From an uncultured bacterium (GTDB taxonomy: Bacteria > Krumholzibacteriota > Krumholzibacteriia > Krumholzibacteriales > Krumholzibacteriaceae): DNA of 20,088 nucleotides. The notes below the pieces were generated by a model. It was not told where the DNA came from. It was given only the letters and a program-made list of their open reading frames with translations, and searched no databases. Every line of letters begins with the position of its first letter. The stretch's first letter is position 1. Both the position numbers and the translations under genes were made by a program. The DNA lies in the NCBI GenBank assembly GCA_965371515.1, contig CBDUYR010000049.1, positions 1 to 20,088 on the forward strand. The letters are read 5' to 3'. This document shows positions 18,327-20,088 of the stretch, in pieces.

Positions 18327-18713
18327 ATGAGAAAATACAGAACGATCGTGATCCTGATCCTTGCCGCGGCGGCGATGAGCTCAGCCGGGTGCGGCGTCGC
18401 GGGAGGCCCGACCGGAAGCGTGGAGCCGACCGCCGGGCCCCAGATCACACCGGAGGGAGTGAGGTTCTCCCTCTACTCTACGAAGATCAAGAAGGTCAAT
18501 ATAGCAGGAAGCTTCAATAACTGGTCGATGACAGCCGATCCGCTCTACGACCGTGACGGATCGGGGATGTGGAAGATCGTACTGCCTCTTCCGCCGGGAA
18601 GGTACGAGTACAAGTTCATAATCAACGGCAAGGAATGGATACCCGATCCGGCAAATCCAACGACGACCGATGACGGTTTCGGCGGATACAACTCGGTGAT
18701 ATCGGTCGAGTGA
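18327..18713 (+). CDS. Small lipoprotein consisting of a CBM48/glycogen-binding domain
   Basis: ATG 2 nt after the previous stop. Lipobox SAG-C. Domain GVRFSL...KVNIAGSFNNWS...GMWKIVLPLPPGRYEYKFIINGKEWIPDPANP...DGFGGYNSVI. Confidence 0.88.
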   Translation: MRKYRTIVILILAAAAMSSAGCGVAGGPTGSVEPTAGPQITPEGVRFSLYSTKIKKVNIAGSFNNWSMTADPLYDRDGSGMWKIVLPLPPGRYEYKFIINGKEWIPDPANPTTTDDGFGGYNSVISVE

Positions 18714-18780
18714 CAACCGGCCTGATTCTGCACGATTTCTTAACATCCTGTAAATCGGAGGCTTACGGAGTGACAGAATG

Positions 18781-18809
18781 TTGCAATTTGCCCCGGTTTG
18801 TGCTATTTT
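18781..18809 (+). promoter_or_regulatory. Putative sigma70-type promoter for the final gene
   Basis: TTGCAA (18781-18786), 17-nt spacer, TATTTT (18804-18809) with an extended -10 TG at 18801-18802. Confidence 0.5.
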
Positions 18810-19087
18810 TGAATCCTGTATTATGCTGTATTCTGTGGCGCGGAGCCGGGGAATGGAAAAGAGGATTCCGGGCCGGCGGGCGGGCAGGTGGTCGGTAAAA
18901 AGGCCGACCGGAAGGCCGCCCAGGACATAACATCCTGCAGAAACAGTAGTTAGTGCGCTTGGAACATACCCCTGGGCCTTAAATGGGCAACGGGGAGGTA
19001 TGTCCTCATACGGACTGAGAAGCTTCATCAGAGCCGGTTCACACGGTTCCGAATGTGGCATATACCTTGCCCCTGTACCGGTGAATC

Positions 19088-20088
19088 ATGTCCGGACCAA
19101 TTCATAAGGCTTCCGCTGGAAAACCGGCTCATACGCCGGGGAAAAGGGTCCTGAAGGGGCTTCTGCTCGCAGTCTGCCTCCTTCCGGGAATTCTCTTTTC
19201 TACGGCGGCACATGCCCAGCCCGGCAGCGGCGCGGCCGTCATATCACCGGCATCTGATGTCCCGGCCGGCTCCTCAGGGACCTGGACGATAACATATACC
19301 ACCACCACATCAAATTTCTCGACCGGGGTCGTTACGCTTGCCATCCCCTCGGGATGGACGACTCCCCAGATATTATCGAGTTCCTCTCCAGGTTTCGTCA
19401 CGGCGTTGACGACAGACGGCGTCCTGAACGTCACACCGATAGACATAACCTCGAACGTCATCACGATTAATGTCGATACCCTGTCGATCGGCGAGACGAT
19501 CGACATCGTCTATGGAGCCGGAACCGGTCCGGCTGATGCTCAGACGCTCGCCGAATCGGACGTCGAATTCATAGTGGAGTCCGCTCCTCTCGGCGCCGCA
19601 CCATCGAATATAGCTTCTTCACCGACACTGAATGTCGTGGCGGCGGCTGTCTCGAAGCTCGTCTTCGGAACGAGCGCAAGGACTGTAGCGACTGACGGCG
19701 AGAGCCAGGTCATGAGGGTCCAGGCACAGGACGAGTTCGACAATCCTTCTGCGGCAGGATCGAATCAGGATGTGTCTCTTTCATCCACATCGGGTGCGGG
19801 AACATTTTCCCATCTTCCCGAAGGAAGCTGGAGCGAGACGACCACCGTCACGATACAGGCGGGAGAGGATACGGTCTCGTTCTACTACAGGGATACATCG
19901 CCGGGTATCTACAGCATAACCGCGTCCGCGGACGGTCAGACCTGGACCGACGCTGAGCAGGCGGTCACGGTCGAAGCGGGAGATCCGGCAAAACTGGTGA
20001 TCTCGCCGGTGGATACTACAATCACGGCCGGCGAATACGGCCGGTACATCCTGCGCTCGGTCGATATCCACGATAATCCCAGCGCTCC
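19088..20088 (+). CDS. Large secreted Ig-like (invasin/Big-type) repeat surface protein, truncated by the window end
   Basis: Hand translation from ATG 19088 (in-frame TGA at 19082) stays open to the end of the window. Signal ...KRVLKGLLLAVCLLPGILFSTAAHA-Q. Ser/Thr/Val-rich, with repeats SKLVF...VQAQDEFDNP and AKLVI...RSVDIHDNP. Absent from the ORF track, presumably because it has no stop in the window. Confidence 0.8.
   Translation, partial: MSGPIHKASAGKPAHTPGKRVLKGLLLAVCLLPGILFSTAAHAQPGSGAAVISPASDVPAGSSGTWTITYTTTTSNFSTGVVTLAIPSGWTTPQILSSSSPGFVTALTTDGVLNVTPIDITSNVITINVDTLSIGETIDIVYGAGTGPADAQTLAESDVEFIVESAPLGAAPSNIASSPTLNVVAAAVSKLVFGTSARTVATDGESQVMRVQAQDEFDNPSAAGSNQDVSLSSTSGAGTFSHLPEGSWSETTTVTIQAGEDTVSFYYRDTSPGIYSITASADGQTWTDAEQAVTVEAGDPAKLVISPVDTTITAGEYGRYILRSVDIHDNPSA

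Noticed and set aside
18965..18995. CATACCCCTGGGCCTTAAATGGGCAACGGGG loosely resembles the T7 Tphi terminator and the P3 arm of a c-di-GMP-I riboswitch
   Set aside because: It has several indels relative to Tphi and no U tract or vector context, and it lacks the GGCAAA/GNRA/ACGCAAA elements of c-di-GMP-I. Kept only as part of the structured-leader finding.
1..20088. CRISPR arrays, IS elements, prophage or defence genes
   Set aside because: No spaced direct repeats, terminal inverted repeats, or transposase, integrase or nuclease motifs were seen by eye.

Overview
Gene-dense chromosomal window with every credible gene on the + strand. It probably comes from an FCB-superphylum bacterium outside Bacteroidota, such as Krumholzibacteriota or Latescibacterota; this is an inference from the FlgD/T9SS-like C-terminal domains and the PorV-like barrel. 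Block 1 (174-5985): a sigma70-type promoter overlapped by a perfect palindrome, two related acidic lipoproteins with repeated Ig/FN3-like modules, a secreted protein with a YPNP...SGVY C-terminal domain, and a terminator. Block 2 (6103-9304): a DUF4438 protein, an HD-domain hydrolase and a secreted S8 protease with the same type of C-terminal domain. Block 3 (9446-18713): a tightly packed run of ppdK, a CDP-alcohol phosphatidyltransferase, a DUF4388 protein with MshEN-like motifs, a PorV/FadL-like barrel, an unknown outer-membrane barrel, a CBM48/beta-barrel fusion and two CBM48 lipoproteins. This last part is the best candidate for an undescribed outer-membrane alpha-glucan (glycogen/starch) handling system, and it has no SusCD pair or hydrolase in the window. 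Block 4 (18781-20088): a promoter, a long structured leader and the 5' part of a large secreted Ig-repeat protein that the ORF track missed. No RNA genes, mobile elements or CRISPR arrays were recognised.
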